Assembly: GCA_963665815.1 (NCBI GenBank)
Contig: OY762463.1
Span: 1,056,001-1,120,000, forward strand
DNA length: 64,000 bases
Direction: 5' to 3'
Origin: Candidatus Cloacimonadales bacterium
GTDB lineage: Bacteria > Cloacimonadota > Cloacimonadia > Cloacimonadales > JAIOQZ01
In this document: piece after piece, positions 27,256 through 37,125 of the stretch
Numbering within the stretch: position 1 is the stretch's first letter
Layout of the letters: the number at the start of each line of letters is the position of its first letter
Made by a program: the position numbers and the translations under genes
The notes under the pieces: generated by a model
The model's database searches: none
Told to the model about the DNA's origin: nothing
What the model saw: the letters and a program-made list of their open reading frames with translations, nothing else

Positions 27256-27927
27256 CTACTCCCCATACTGAATATCTATAGTCATACTTTCAGTACTGGT
27301 GTAATTAACTTCTTCTGATATTACTTGGCCATGGAGTTCGGAAAAGGCATAAATATTGAATTTTCCAGTTAAATCACCATGCTCCATATCACTTCTCATT
27401 GGATTGTTCAGCATAATCTGAGAATCAGAGATTGAGAACTTCCCGTTTTCATCAGTTTTGTCATAGTATGTGAATTGAGTGAAGTTGTCAAAACCAACGG
27501 TACAATATATAGCAGGCACTGCAATTGTTAATGTATCACTACTTTCAACAGATCTCATGTTAACCTTATAGAAATCTGTCTTTACATACTTATCGCTTTC
27601 ATTGGTTCCATCCCAGCTCACAGCGTGATACCCGGCCTCCTGATTTTCGCTTAAAAGCACCTTAACAGTATCAGAAATATTCTCTGTTGATATCCAGATT
27701 TTCGTATATCCAGCATCATGGAGGGAATAGTGGATGCTTGTAGTTGGTCTCTCTGGGGCATCAGTATTTTCATAAACGTAATCTATCCCGACATATGCAT
27801 TTGTAACAGGTTGTCCGTCTGCATCAGTAATCTGACCTTTAACGTATTTAGTATCACTGCTTGTTGAATTGCAACTGCAAAGCAATAAAGAACAAAGTAT
27901 AATCAATATCATCTGTGAGTATCTCAT
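27256..27927 (-). CDS. Lipoprotein paralog 3 (Ig-like with FlgD-Ig-like insert)
   Basis: Lipobox LCSC; GQITD.DGQPV; WDGTN. Confidence 0.85.
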   Translation of the reverse strand: MRYSQMILIILCSLLLCSCNSTSSDTKYVKGQITDADGQPVTNAYVGIDYVYENTDAPERPTTSIHYSLHDAGYTKIWISTENISDTVKVLLSENQEAGYHAVSWDGTNESDKYVKTDFYKVNMRSVESSDTLTIAVPAIYCTVGFDNFTQFTYYDKTDENGKFSISDSQIMLNNPMRSDMEHGDLTGKFNIYAFSELHGQVISEEVNYTSTESMTIDIQYGE

Positions 27928-27951
27928 TTATTCCCCTTAAAGTATAATCTT

Positions 27952-28629
27952 TTAATCCTCTTCCCCATACTGAATATCTATAGTCATACTTTCAGTACTG
28001 GTGTAATTAACTTCTTCTGATATTACTTGGCCATGGAGTTCGGAAAAGGCATAAATATTGAATTTTCCAGTTAAATTACCATGCTCCATATCATCTCGCA
28101 TTGAACTGTTCAGCATAATCTGAGAGTCAGGGATTGAGAACTTCCCGTTTTCATCAGTTTTGTCATAATATGTAAATTGAGTAAAATTTTCATTGTTTAC
28201 ATTGCAGTATATGGCTGGTACGGCAATAATAAGTGTATCACTTGTTTCATCTGATCTCATATTAAACTTATAGAATCCTGTTTTAACATAGTACCCGTCA
28301 TCATTAGTTGCATCCCATGTTACATAATGATAACCGACATCCATGTTTTCATTAAGAAGCACTTTTACAGTATCAGAAATATTTTCTTTTGATATCCAGA
28401 TCAGTGTTTGTCCTGCTTCCTTTATAGAGAAAGATATATTTGTTGTGGGTCTTCCCAAGTCGTAATCAGTTTCATATCTATAGTCTATTCCCACATAAGC
28501 ATTAGCAACAGGCTGTCCGTTTGCATCAGTAATCTGACCTTTAACGTATTTAGTATCACTGCTTGTTGAATTGCAACTGCAAAGCAATAAAGAACAAAGT
28601 ATAATCAATATCATCTGTGAGTATCTCAT
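27952..28629 (-). CDS. Lipoprotein paralog 2
   Basis: Lipobox LCSC; 702-bp period relative to paralog 1. Confidence 0.85.
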   Translation of the reverse strand: MRYSQMILIILCSLLLCSCNSTSSDTKYVKGQITDANGQPVANAYVGIDYRYETDYDLGRPTTNISFSIKEAGQTLIWISKENISDTVKVLLNENMDVGYHYVTWDATNDDGYYVKTGFYKFNMRSDETSDTLIIAVPAIYCNVNNENFTQFTYYDKTDENGKFSIPDSQIMLNSSMRDDMEHGNLTGKFNIYAFSELHGQVISEEVNYTSTESMTIDIQYGEED

Positions 28630-28653
28630 TTATTCCCCTTAAAGTATAATCTT

Positions 28654-29331
28654 TTAATCCTCTTCCCCATACTGAATATCTATAGTCATACTTTCAGTAC
28701 TGGTGTAATTAACTTCTTCTGATATTACTTGGCCATGGAGTTCGGAAAAGGCATAAATATTGAATTTTCCAGTTAAATTACCATGCTCCATATCATCTCG
28801 CATTGAACTGTTCAGCATAATCTGAGAGTCAGGGATTGAGAACTTCCCGTTTTCATCAGTTTTGTCATAATATGTAAATTGAGTAAAATTTTCATTGTTT
28901 ACATTGCAGTATATGGCTGGTACGGCAATAACAAGTGTATCACTTGATTCATCTGATCTCATATTAAACTTATAGAATCCTGTTTTAACATAGTACCCGT
29001 CATCATTAGTTGCATCCCATGTTACATAATGATAACCGACATCCATGTTTTCATTAAGAAGCACCTTAACAGTATCAGAAATATTCTCTGTTGATATCCA
29101 GATTTTTGTATATCCAGCATCATGGAGGGAATAGTGGATGCTTGTAGTTGGTCTCTCTTGGGCATCAGTATTTTCATAAACGTAATCTATCCCGACATAT
29201 GCATTTGTAACAGGTTGTCCGTCTGCATCAGTAATCTGACCTTTAACGTATTTAGTATCACTTTGAGTAAGAAAGCAGCTGCAGAGAGTGAAACATGCTA
29301 ATATTGATAATAGTAAAAGCGAAAATCTCAT
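28654..29331 (-). CDS. Lipoprotein paralog 1
   Basis: GGAGG RBS, lipobox LCSC, distinct signal peptide. Confidence 0.85.
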   Translation of the reverse strand: MRFSLLLLSILACFTLCSCFLTQSDTKYVKGQITDADGQPVTNAYVGIDYVYENTDAQERPTTSIHYSLHDAGYTKIWISTENISDTVKVLLNENMDVGYHYVTWDATNDDGYYVKTGFYKFNMRSDESSDTLVIAVPAIYCNVNNENFTQFTYYDKTDENGKFSIPDSQIMLNSSMRDDMEHGNLTGKFNIYAFSELHGQVISEEVNYTSTESMTIDIQYGEED

Positions 29332-29390
29332 TTTTCCTCCGAGTAATAATATAGAATCGAATCTGTTGTATTTTGCAAATGTGTGTCAAT

Positions 29391-29420
29391 AAAAAAAAGG
29401 CTGATGAAAATTCATCAGCC
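29391..29420 (-). terminator. Terminator after tRNA
   Basis: ggctgatgaa/ttcatcagcc stem followed by a T8 run on the minus strand. Confidence 0.85.
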
Positions 29421-29428
29421 ATTTATAA

Positions 29429-29504
29429 TGGTGGGCCCAAGAGGAGTCGAACCTCTGACCGTCCGGTTATGAGCCGGAAGCTCTACCAACTGAGCTATAG
29501 GCCC
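29429..29504 (-). tRNA. tRNA with CAT anticodon, most likely tRNA-Ile2 (lysidine-modified)
   Basis: 76-nt cloverleaf GGGCCTATAGCTCAG...CCGGCTCATAACCGG...GTTCGACT...GGGCCCACCA; stems resemble Ile2 tRNAs; lies downstream of rpoD. Confidence 0.9.
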
Positions 29505-29582
29505 TGTTATGATTAACAGTAACGGATGTTATAAACTGAAAATCAGACTTTCTTGTCAAGCCGAAATTTCCAATTTTAACAA

Positions 29583-31331
29583 TTATTTAACATTGAAGTT
29601 TTCGTATAACTCCATCAGTTTAGTACTACGGGTTGGATGTCGAAGTTTTTTCAATGCTTTATCTTCTATCTGTCTGATTCTCTCACGAGTCACATTAAAG
29701 ATGTTTCCAACTTCCTCAAGAGTTCTGTGATAACCATCATCAATACCAAATCTTAGACGAATAACACGTTCCTCCCTTACAGTAAGTGAATTCAGAACAT
29801 CATTAACCTGTTTCTTCAGCAGAGTACGTTCTGCCATTCTCTCTGGTGAAATTGTACTTTTATCTTCAATGAAATCCCCAAGTAAACTGTCTTCACTGTC
29901 ATTACCAATAGGTTTATCAAGTGAAACAGGTTCTTTAGATATAGATAGAATACTTTTGATCTTTTCAACTGGCAGATCAAGTGCATCTGCGAGTTCTTCA
30001 GGATAAGGGTCTCTTCCCAGTTTCTGAGTAAGCCGTCTGCTCATCCTGTTAACTTTATTAATAGATTCTATCATGTGAACAGGAACACGAATTGTACGTG
30101 CCTGATCAGCAATAGCTCTTGTAATAGCCTGACGAATCCACCAGGTTGCATAAGTACTGAATTTGTATCCTTTTTTGTAATCGTATTTATCAACAGCTTT
30201 CATCAAACCGGTATTCCCTTCCTGAATAAGATCAAGAAAATCCAGTCCCCTGTTGTTGTAACGTTTAGCAATACTGATTACAAGTCGTACGTTTGCTTCG
30301 ATCATTTCGTTCTTGGCAGTTTCTTTCATTTTTTCGCCGCGTTCGATTTCCTTCATCAGGAAAATCATTTCTTCTCCGGTCATACGGGTCTCAATTTCAA
30401 CTCGACGAATTTTTCTGCGTGCATTTTTAATTTTTCTGAGAGTTTCAACAAAAATTGTAGGATCCATTCCTGTTTCTTTTTCAACTTCAGCAAAATCTTC
30501 TTCTGATTTCTTTGCTTTCCTGCCAAGAGAACAGATTTCTTCCAGATTAAACTTCTTTATTCTGGACAATCCGCTAATTGTTTTATTACTTTCTTTGATA
30601 CGATCAACAAGACTTTTTATTCTATATACAAGTCTCTTTATGAACTTATCATGAAAAGGAACATCTGAGAAAATTTCAATAAGCTTCTTTCTCTTTTCCT
30701 CGATAACCTCCATAATATTCTGATCAATGAAATTACCATAATCATCATATTCGGAATTATCTATAATATCTCCTACTTCATCATAAATCGGCTCAGATAG
30801 TTTAATTGCAATCTGAAACTTCTCAATCAATTTTGAATCTTGTGATTTGTCGATGTAACTGCCAAATTCGATCCTGAATAGTTGATCCAGCCGGATTCTT
30901 TTTTCCTTGAACCTGTGAAGAAAATTGTGCATTTCCCGAAGCGAACTACCAGACATAAACACATAACGGTTTATCCATTTCTGTCCGGACTCAATCTTCT
31001 TGGCAATCCTGATTTCTCCATCCCTGTCAAGCAGTGGGACACGTCCCATTTCCTTGAGATACATACGTACGGGATCATCGTAATAACGTCTGTTTTTGAA
31101 TTTCTTAGCCTGAGGATTTTTCTTGACAGAAACTGATTTCTTCGTGACTTTTTTTTGTGTTTCATCAATGATTTCAATACCGGTTTCGGTTAGGTCAGAT
31201 ATCAGATCATCAATTTTGTCCAGAAATAGTGGGCTATTCGGAAGAATCTCGTTTATCTGCTTGAATGTCAGATATTCATTCTTCTTCCCTAATTCGATTA
31301 AGTTTTCCAAGCATTCTTTGTAACTTAACAT
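29583..31331 (-). CDS. rpoD: RNA polymerase primary sigma factor
   Basis: [49 protein letters not shown]. Confidence 0.98.
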   Translation of the reverse strand: MLSYKECLENLIELGKKNEYLTFKQINEILPNSPLFLDKIDDLISDLTETGIEIIDETQKKVTKKSVSVKKNPQAKKFKNRRYYDDPVRMYLKEMGRVPLLDRDGEIRIAKKIESGQKWINRYVFMSGSSLREMHNFLHRFKEKRIRLDQLFRIEFGSYIDKSQDSKLIEKFQIAIKLSEPIYDEVGDIIDNSEYDDYGNFIDQNIMEVIEEKRKKLIEIFSDVPFHDKFIKRLVYRIKSLVDRIKESNKTISGLSRIKKFNLEEICSLGRKAKKSEEDFAEVEKETGMDPTIFVETLRKIKNARRKIRRVEIETRMTGEEMIFLMKEIERGEKMKETAKNEMIEANVRLVISIAKRYNNRGLDFLDLIQEGNTGLMKAVDKYDYKKGYKFSTYATWWIRQAITRAIADQARTIRVPVHMIESINKVNRMSRRLTQKLGRDPYPEELADALDLPVEKIKSILSISKEPVSLDKPIGNDSEDSLLGDFIEDKSTISPERMAERTLLKKQVNDVLNSLTVREERVIRLRFGIDDGYHRTLEEVGNIFNVTRERIRQIEDKALKKLRHPTRSTKLMELYENFNVK

Positions 31332-31373
31332 TAACTCTCCTCAGAGTATACTTTACCTAAATTTATAACCTTT

Positions 31374-33113
31374 TTAATTAGAACGAATAGTAATCGTTTT
31401 CATTACACTTTTCGAGCTAATCAACCTTAATAAAGCCTGTATCTCCTTCTTGGCTTTAATAAGTTCCTGAAATTTATCTTCACTTTTGCAATTAGATATC
31501 TCTTTGTTGAGCAGTTGTAGATCCCTGCGGTGCTTACGTACAGTCATCTGCTGCAGTAAATCTTCAATAGAATCGTTTCTTGGTTCCTCAAGAATTATTT
31601 TTCCAACCATGTTTCTCGTGTTCTCATTCTCAATAACGCTCAACAGCATGGAAGAATCATCAATTATGTCTTCATGCTCAATTAATATTCCGTAAATCTC
31701 TCTGCTGACTTCACTCATAAAATAACTTTCATCAATCTCAGAACAAATAAAATTGAGACTTTTTGGATTATAAGCTATAAATCTCAAAATATCCATTTCG
31801 ACATTATCTCTGTCAACATAAGAATTATTTTTTTTTACTTTTGCCCTTCTGTTCAATTTAGAAAGAAGTCCTGTCTCTGATACTCCAAAAACTTCTCCAA
31901 CTTCATGAACAATTTTCTTTATGTATAATTCTTTCTCTGTCTGATCATGAATCCCCTGTATTACTTCCATAATGTATTTAACTTTATCACTTTCTGTATA
32001 ACCCAGAGTCTCATCTCTTGCCAGAAATTCATGAAGACTGCTTGCTGTCTCAAGAAGTTTATCAAAATCCTCCTTAGAATTTTCTACAAGAAATGTATCG
32101 GGATCACTTCCTGACGGAAGTTCAACAATTCTGGCATTACCGCCAGTAAGTAATATTTCATGCGCAGCCTTTAATGCAGCCTTTCTTCCCGCTTTATCAC
32201 CATCAAAAACCAGATCGAAATTCTTTGTATATCTACTTGCAAGATTTATCTGCTCTCTGGTTAAAGCAGTTCCAAGCACTGCTGCAACATTCACATAACC
32301 ATTCTCATACAGTCTTAGTAGATCCGTATAACCTTCTACAAGCAGAATACAATCCTTTTTTGAAGCATCATATCTTGTCTGATACAGGCCATACAATTCA
32401 TTCCCTTTTTGATAAATTGATGTTGTCGGAGAATTGATATACTTTCCACCTGAAAATTCTTTGGATATTACTCTTCCTCCAAAAGCAACAGTATGCCCCC
32501 TTATTGAGATAATAGGAAACATAACTCTGTCTCTGAACTGATCGAAAAGATCATTACGACTACCTTTGGAAAATAATCCGCTTTCGGCAAGAATTTTAGA
32601 ATTAATGTGATTCTTCTCAAGATAGTTCAGTAAACCTCTGTAGCTGTTGAGCGAATAACCAATCTGAAATTTTTCTATAGTTTCCTTTGTTATTCCTCTA
32701 TTAAGAAGATATTTCTCTGCCTGTTCCCCATGTTTTTTCAAGTTATCTCTGAAAAAATCTTTTGCCAAATTGTATATTGTATAAAGCAATTCATGTTTAG
32801 ATTGCTTATGATTACTCTTTTTTTCTTTTTTAATTGTTACACCAGCAATAGCTGCAACTTTGTTCAAAGCTTCGTAGAAATTAATTTTTTCGTATTTTTC
32901 AACAAAAGTGAATACATTTCCTGCGACTCCGCAACCAAAACACTTAAAAATCTGCTTCTGCTCGCTTACGACAAAAGAAGCAGTCTTTTCTTCATGAAAA
33001 GGACATGGAGACTTATAGTTAGATCCCGTTTTTTTCAATGGAATATAACTACCTATAACATCTACAATGTTAACACTTTGTCTTACAAGATCTATTGTAC
33101 TTTTATCTGCCAT
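31374..33113 (-). CDS. dnaG: DNA primase
   Basis: CPFH..KT.SF...FKCFGC zinc finger, KYINSP, EGYTD, FDGD TOPRIM. Confidence 0.97.
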   Translation of the reverse strand: MADKSTIDLVRQSVNIVDVIGSYIPLKKTGSNYKSPCPFHEEKTASFVVSEQKQIFKCFGCGVAGNVFTFVEKYEKINFYEALNKVAAIAGVTIKKEKKSNHKQSKHELLYTIYNLAKDFFRDNLKKHGEQAEKYLLNRGITKETIEKFQIGYSLNSYRGLLNYLEKNHINSKILAESGLFSKGSRNDLFDQFRDRVMFPIISIRGHTVAFGGRVISKEFSGGKYINSPTTSIYQKGNELYGLYQTRYDASKKDCILLVEGYTDLLRLYENGYVNVAAVLGTALTREQINLASRYTKNFDLVFDGDKAGRKAALKAAHEILLTGGNARIVELPSGSDPDTFLVENSKEDFDKLLETASSLHEFLARDETLGYTESDKVKYIMEVIQGIHDQTEKELYIKKIVHEVGEVFGVSETGLLSKLNRRAKVKKNNSYVDRDNVEMDILRFIAYNPKSLNFICSEIDESYFMSEVSREIYGILIEHEDIIDDSSMLLSVIENENTRNMVGKIILEEPRNDSIEDLLQQMTVRKHRRDLQLLNKEISNCKSEDKFQELIKAKKEIQALLRLISSKSVMKTITIRSN

Positions 33114-33115
33114 TA

Positions 33116-35488
33116 TTACTCAATATCGAAACATACTACCGTTACGCCATCACCACCGGCTTCAGGTGGAGGTGAAAAAAAATCATCAACAATTTTTGTT
33201 CTTCTCAGTTGTTGTCTGATTTTTGATCTCAATACTCCCGTACCTTTACCATGCACAATACGCACCTTGGATAATCCATGAAACTTCGCATCTTCTATGA
33301 ATTCTTCAATTTCAGGCATAGCTTCACTGAATGTTTTACCAAGAACCTTTATCTCCATTAAGGACTTTCTTTTAGCCGGGGATTTCCCATAGGTTACATT
33401 TACTTTTGTAGACGTTGATCTTTTACCTTCTGTAACACACTCGAGAAGACTGCTTTTATCTGTAGTAAAAAGAAATCCATTTACAGAAACGACTATTTTA
33501 TCTTTTTCTATAGAAGCAATTTCACCCTGAGAATCAAAGTTTTCTACCCAGACTCTTTTGCCAATTTCAGGTTTTTCAAGAGGAGCCCAGCCTTCCTTAT
33601 TGTTATCAGAGTTTAGTTTCTTATCAAATTGGCTACCTATGGATGATGCTTTATCGAGAGACTTCTGCATCATTTCGCGTTTTTTTCTATTATCTAATTT
33701 CTCCTGATTTCTTATACTGTCAATCTCATTATTCAGCTCTGATTGAATATTGGAAATCATGTCTCTTCCCTTTTTCAGAGCTTCTTTTTCTATTCTCTTC
33801 TTGTTCTTCTCTATACTATTCAGCTTGCTCTCATATTCATTTATCTTCTGTTCCAGCAATCTACGTTTAAGAGTATGCTCGTATGTTTCTCTTGCAAGGT
33901 TTTTCTTTTCCTGATTCATCTTTGTTATCAAAGTCGATAAATCAACTGTCTGCTTACCTGTTATCTCTTGAGCTCTCCCAATTAATGCGCTGTCAAATCC
34001 ATATGAAGAAGCAATCTCAATAGCAAAACTGTTTCCCGGAAGTCCGAATTTAAAGCAGTATGTAGGAGACAGACTTTCAGGATCAAACTGCATGGAAGCA
34101 TTTGAACATTTCTCTTCTTCCTCGGCAAACAATTTCAATGTAGTATAATGTGTTGTAATGACACCTGTCATTCCCATACTGAGAAAGCGTTCAAGGACTG
34201 CCTGTGCCAGTGCTCCACCCTGTTCCGGATCAGTTGCAGCCCCAATTTCATCTATCAGTATCAGAGACTTATCTGTACCGAATTCAATCATCTCTGCAAT
34301 TCTCCTGATATGTGATGAGAATGTACTTAGCGATGCCTCAATAGACTGATCATCTCCAATATCCGCAAAAACGGAATCAAATGCACCAACAATACTGGAA
34401 TCATCTGCCGGAATAGGTATTCCGGAATGAGTCATTATTACAAGAAGACCGATTGATTTCAGCGTTACTGTCTTTCCGCCAGTATTTGGTCCGGAAATCA
34501 GCAATATTTTCATTGATTCATTCAGTTCGATATCAAATGGTATTACTTTTTTAATGTTTCCAAGACTGTTAATCAATAATGGATGACGAGCTCCTTTAAG
34601 CTTTATAATCGATTTCTCTGACAGTTCAGGAACAACTGCATTCATACTATTTGCATATCTTCCCAGAGCAAACTTCAGATCCAGGTCTCTCAGAAGATTA
34701 CAGTTCTTTACAATAATTGATTTCTTTAATATCACATCATAGGAAAAGTTCTTCAATATCCTGAATACTTCCTGCTTTTCATCACTGTTCAAACGGATAA
34801 GTTTATTGTTATCTGCTACAATATCGAGAGGCTCAATAAAAATAGTTGATCTACTTGAAGATGATCCATGCTCTACCCCTTTAAATCCCCCGGCAGCAAC
34901 ATCTTTAACAGGTAGAACATATCTGTTGTCTCTTAATGTGAAAACAGAATCAGAAAGACTGTTTGAATCTGATTTAATTTTCATATCAAGAGTTTTCACA
35001 ATGTTCCTTCTTGTTGATCTTTTCTGCTTTCTGATCCTTCTCAACTCTTCAGATGCTGAATCAAGAACATCTCCTTCATGATCAAAAACCTGTTTGAATC
35101 TCTTTATAAGATCATTGCATGATTCGAATCCGGAAATAAGCTCTCTAAGATATTCAACGTTATCCTCAAGTTCAATTGCCAGCATGGACTCGACAATAAT
35201 CATGTTATCAATAATTTGCTTCAGTTCAAGATAAGAAAATACAACTTCATCATGGTTCTTGAAGAGAGGTGTTAAATCGGATAACTTCCTGAAATCAAGA
35301 TTATAACCTATCCTGAGTAGATATTGTATTTCTTTGATAAAACCCAGAAAATTAACTAATTTCTGTCTGTCACACATTGGTGACATTTTTAATGCCTGCT
35401 CAGCTCCAATATCAGAATGGCATTCAAGGGAAATCAACTCTTTTACTTTTTCGAATTCAAGCTGTCTATTTGAATATTTAATGTTCAT
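33116..35488 (-). CDS. mutS2: MutS2 (ATPase, coiled coil, KOW, Smr)
   Basis: GPNTGGKT, DIGDDQSI..LSTFS, TTHY, IVHGKGTG.LR, GGDGVT. Confidence 0.95.
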   Translation of the reverse strand: MNIKYSNRQLEFEKVKELISLECHSDIGAEQALKMSPMCDRQKLVNFLGFIKEIQYLLRIGYNLDFRKLSDLTPLFKNHDEVVFSYLELKQIIDNMIIVESMLAIELEDNVEYLRELISGFESCNDLIKRFKQVFDHEGDVLDSASEELRRIRKQKRSTRRNIVKTLDMKIKSDSNSLSDSVFTLRDNRYVLPVKDVAAGGFKGVEHGSSSSRSTIFIEPLDIVADNNKLIRLNSDEKQEVFRILKNFSYDVILKKSIIVKNCNLLRDLDLKFALGRYANSMNAVVPELSEKSIIKLKGARHPLLINSLGNIKKVIPFDIELNESMKILLISGPNTGGKTVTLKSIGLLVIMTHSGIPIPADDSSIVGAFDSVFADIGDDQSIEASLSTFSSHIRRIAEMIEFGTDKSLILIDEIGAATDPEQGGALAQAVLERFLSMGMTGVITTHYTTLKLFAEEEEKCSNASMQFDPESLSPTYCFKFGLPGNSFAIEIASSYGFDSALIGRAQEITGKQTVDLSTLITKMNQEKKNLARETYEHTLKRRLLEQKINEYESKLNSIEKNKKRIEKEALKKGRDMISNIQSELNNEIDSIRNQEKLDNRKKREMMQKSLDKASSIGSQFDKKLNSDNNKEGWAPLEKPEIGKRVWVENFDSQGEIASIEKDKIVVSVNGFLFTTDKSSLLECVTEGKRSTSTKVNVTYGKSPAKRKSLMEIKVLGKTFSEAMPEIEEFIEDAKFHGLSKVRIVHGKGTGVLRSKIRQQLRRTKIVDDFFSPPPEAGGDGVTVVCFDIE

Positions 35489-35497
35489 AATTATATA

Positions 35498-35980
35498 CTA
35501 TTTTTTTTCTACCTGTTCAGCTATTTTTAATTGAACTTCATCAGAAGCTATATCAAGCAATTCTACGATTTTCGACTTCTTCTTCAATTCCGATGTAAAT
35601 GTAACAAATGGCAGAACATCCATAATAACATAAACAAGCAACAGGAAGATCACCCCGTTTATCAAAGCAAACAAAGCCCCCAGAATTCTGTTAAGGATAT
35701 TCAGCTGCATAAGCTCCAGCAGCTTCTGAGATGCAAAGATTAATAACCTGATCATTAATCCTATAAAAATAAAGATAATGATATAAGATAACACAATAGC
35801 AAGTGTCGGATTCAGAGAAAACTTCTGAATCAGCCCATCCCTAACAAGAGGTCCAAATCTTACAATCATAACAAAGCTTACTGCAACACCAACTAATTGA
35901 AGAATTGCTGCTATCAAACCTTTTCTGAAGCCAAGAAAAGCAATCACACACAGTATAATTAATAAAATAAAATCTATCAT
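35498..35980 (-). CDS. cvpA: CvpA family membrane protein
   Basis: ID......GFRKGL and LNRILGALF motifs. Confidence 0.85.
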   Translation of the reverse strand: MIDFILLIILCVIAFLGFRKGLIAAILQLVGVAVSFVMIVRFGPLVRDGLIQKFSLNPTLAIVLSYIIIFIFIGLMIRLLIFASQKLLELMQLNILNRILGALFALINGVIFLLLVYVIMDVLPFVTFTSELKKKSKIVELLDIASDEVQLKIAEQVEKK

Positions 35981-36086
35981 GTTCTCACCTGCAAAAGTAC
36001 TCTTTATTTATAATGTTAAGTTACAATTAATAAGTTCTGTTTGTTAGTTTTTAGTAAAGATTGTTGATATTTAAAGCAAATACGAG

Positions 36087-36115
36087 AAAAAGGCTGTTGA
36101 CATTGTCAGCAGCCT
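36087..36115 (-). terminator. Terminator after rpsU
   Basis: aggctg..gac/gtc..cagcct stem with T run on the minus strand. Confidence 0.7.
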
Positions 36116-36145
36116 GGATATTCTAAAAAAATGAAAGTTTCAACT

Positions 36146-36349
36146 TTATGAATATCTTTCCAATTTTCTCAAATTTTTTAACATCTTTCTTCTAGCTGTA
36201 TTAAGCTTTCTCTTTTTCATATCACTTGGCTTTTCGTAAGCCTGATGTTTTTTGATATCTGACAAGATAGAAGCTCTTTCACATTTTTTCTTAAATTTCT
36301 TTAACAAAATGTCAAAAGGTTCATTCTCTTTTGCATATACTGTAGGCAT
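36146..36349 (-). CDS. rpsU: 30S ribosomal protein bS21
   Basis: MPTV..KENEPFD..LKKFKK...YEKPS; start at ATG 36349 after GGAGGTG. Confidence 0.95.
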   Translation of the reverse strand: MPTVYAKENEPFDILLKKFKKKCERASILSDIKKHQAYEKPSDMKKRKLNTARRKMLKNLRKLERYS

Positions 36350-36425
36350 TTCTTTCTCACCTCCTTCCTGTCTTAATCTGATGCCAGAAAAAAATACCTC
36401 AAAACTATTGTCAAGCTTATGCAAA

Positions 36426-37049
36426 CTATTTTTTTCTAACTCCAAGTCGTAAAATATCTATTATTCCTTCTTTAGCTTCCTCAAGACTGAAATTTACAGT
36501 TTTATTGTTAATTTCTGTAAGAACAAAATCCAGCGAACCAAGAATCATACATGCAAAAATGTCTCTGTTGACATTTCTCCATTCTCCTTCAGCAATTGCT
36601 TCATCAATCAGTTTTTTCAGATAATTGAAATATTCTGTAAAAATCCAGTTTTCAGGAAAATGCTTGTAGAAATCACTTGATTGTCTGAGCTCAATTGCTA
36701 TAAATTTCATTAAATACGGGTTTTCCTTAAATAAATCAACATGATAATTAAAGAAACTTATCAATTTTTCCACACCATGTTCTATGAGCTCAGTTTTTTC
36801 AATTACTGATTCCAGTTTCTTGTAAAACACCTCTTTAAAAGCCTTTAAAAGTAAATCATCCTTATTTGCAAAGTACAAGTAAACTGTTCCATCTGCTACA
36901 TTAGCGGCTTTGGCAACTTCAGAAATTTTTGTATTGTGAAATCCTTTCTTGGAGAATATCTTGATTGCTGCCTGAATAATTGCTTCTCTTTTGATCGCTT
37001 GCTTTCTGTTAAGCTTATCTGTGTCTTTAATTTCCGGTTTCATAATCAT
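36426..37049 (-). CDS. TetR/AcrR family regulator (FadR-like)
   Basis: AAIKIFSKKGF...VA..ANVADGTVYLYF.NKDDLL. Confidence 0.92.
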   Translation of the reverse strand: MIMKPEIKDTDKLNRKQAIKREAIIQAAIKIFSKKGFHNTKISEVAKAANVADGTVYLYFANKDDLLLKAFKEVFYKKLESVIEKTELIEHGVEKLISFFNYHVDLFKENPYLMKFIAIELRQSSDFYKHFPENWIFTEYFNYLKKLIDEAIAEGEWRNVNRDIFACMILGSLDFVLTEINNKTVNFSLEEAKEGIIDILRLGVRKK

Positions 37050-37125
37050 TCCCCTTATTTTATTTAATTACACAAAATGAATAAGCCTCATTTATTGTCA
37101 ATAAAATATATGTTCAATTTAAAAA

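Noticed and set aside
27256-29331. Diversity-generating retroelement explanation for the lipoprotein variants
   Set aside because: Differences are block-wise rather than adenine-specific, and no reverse transcriptase is present.
29429-29504. tRNA-Met or tRNA-fMet call from the CAT anticodon
   Set aside because: Paired G1-C72 and no triple G-C anticodon stem exclude fMet; the stems resemble Ile2 more than elongator Met.
36350-36445. N-terminal extension of bS21 in the ORF track
   Set aside because: A strong SD precedes ATG 36349, and the extension overlaps the tetR end and the promoter region.
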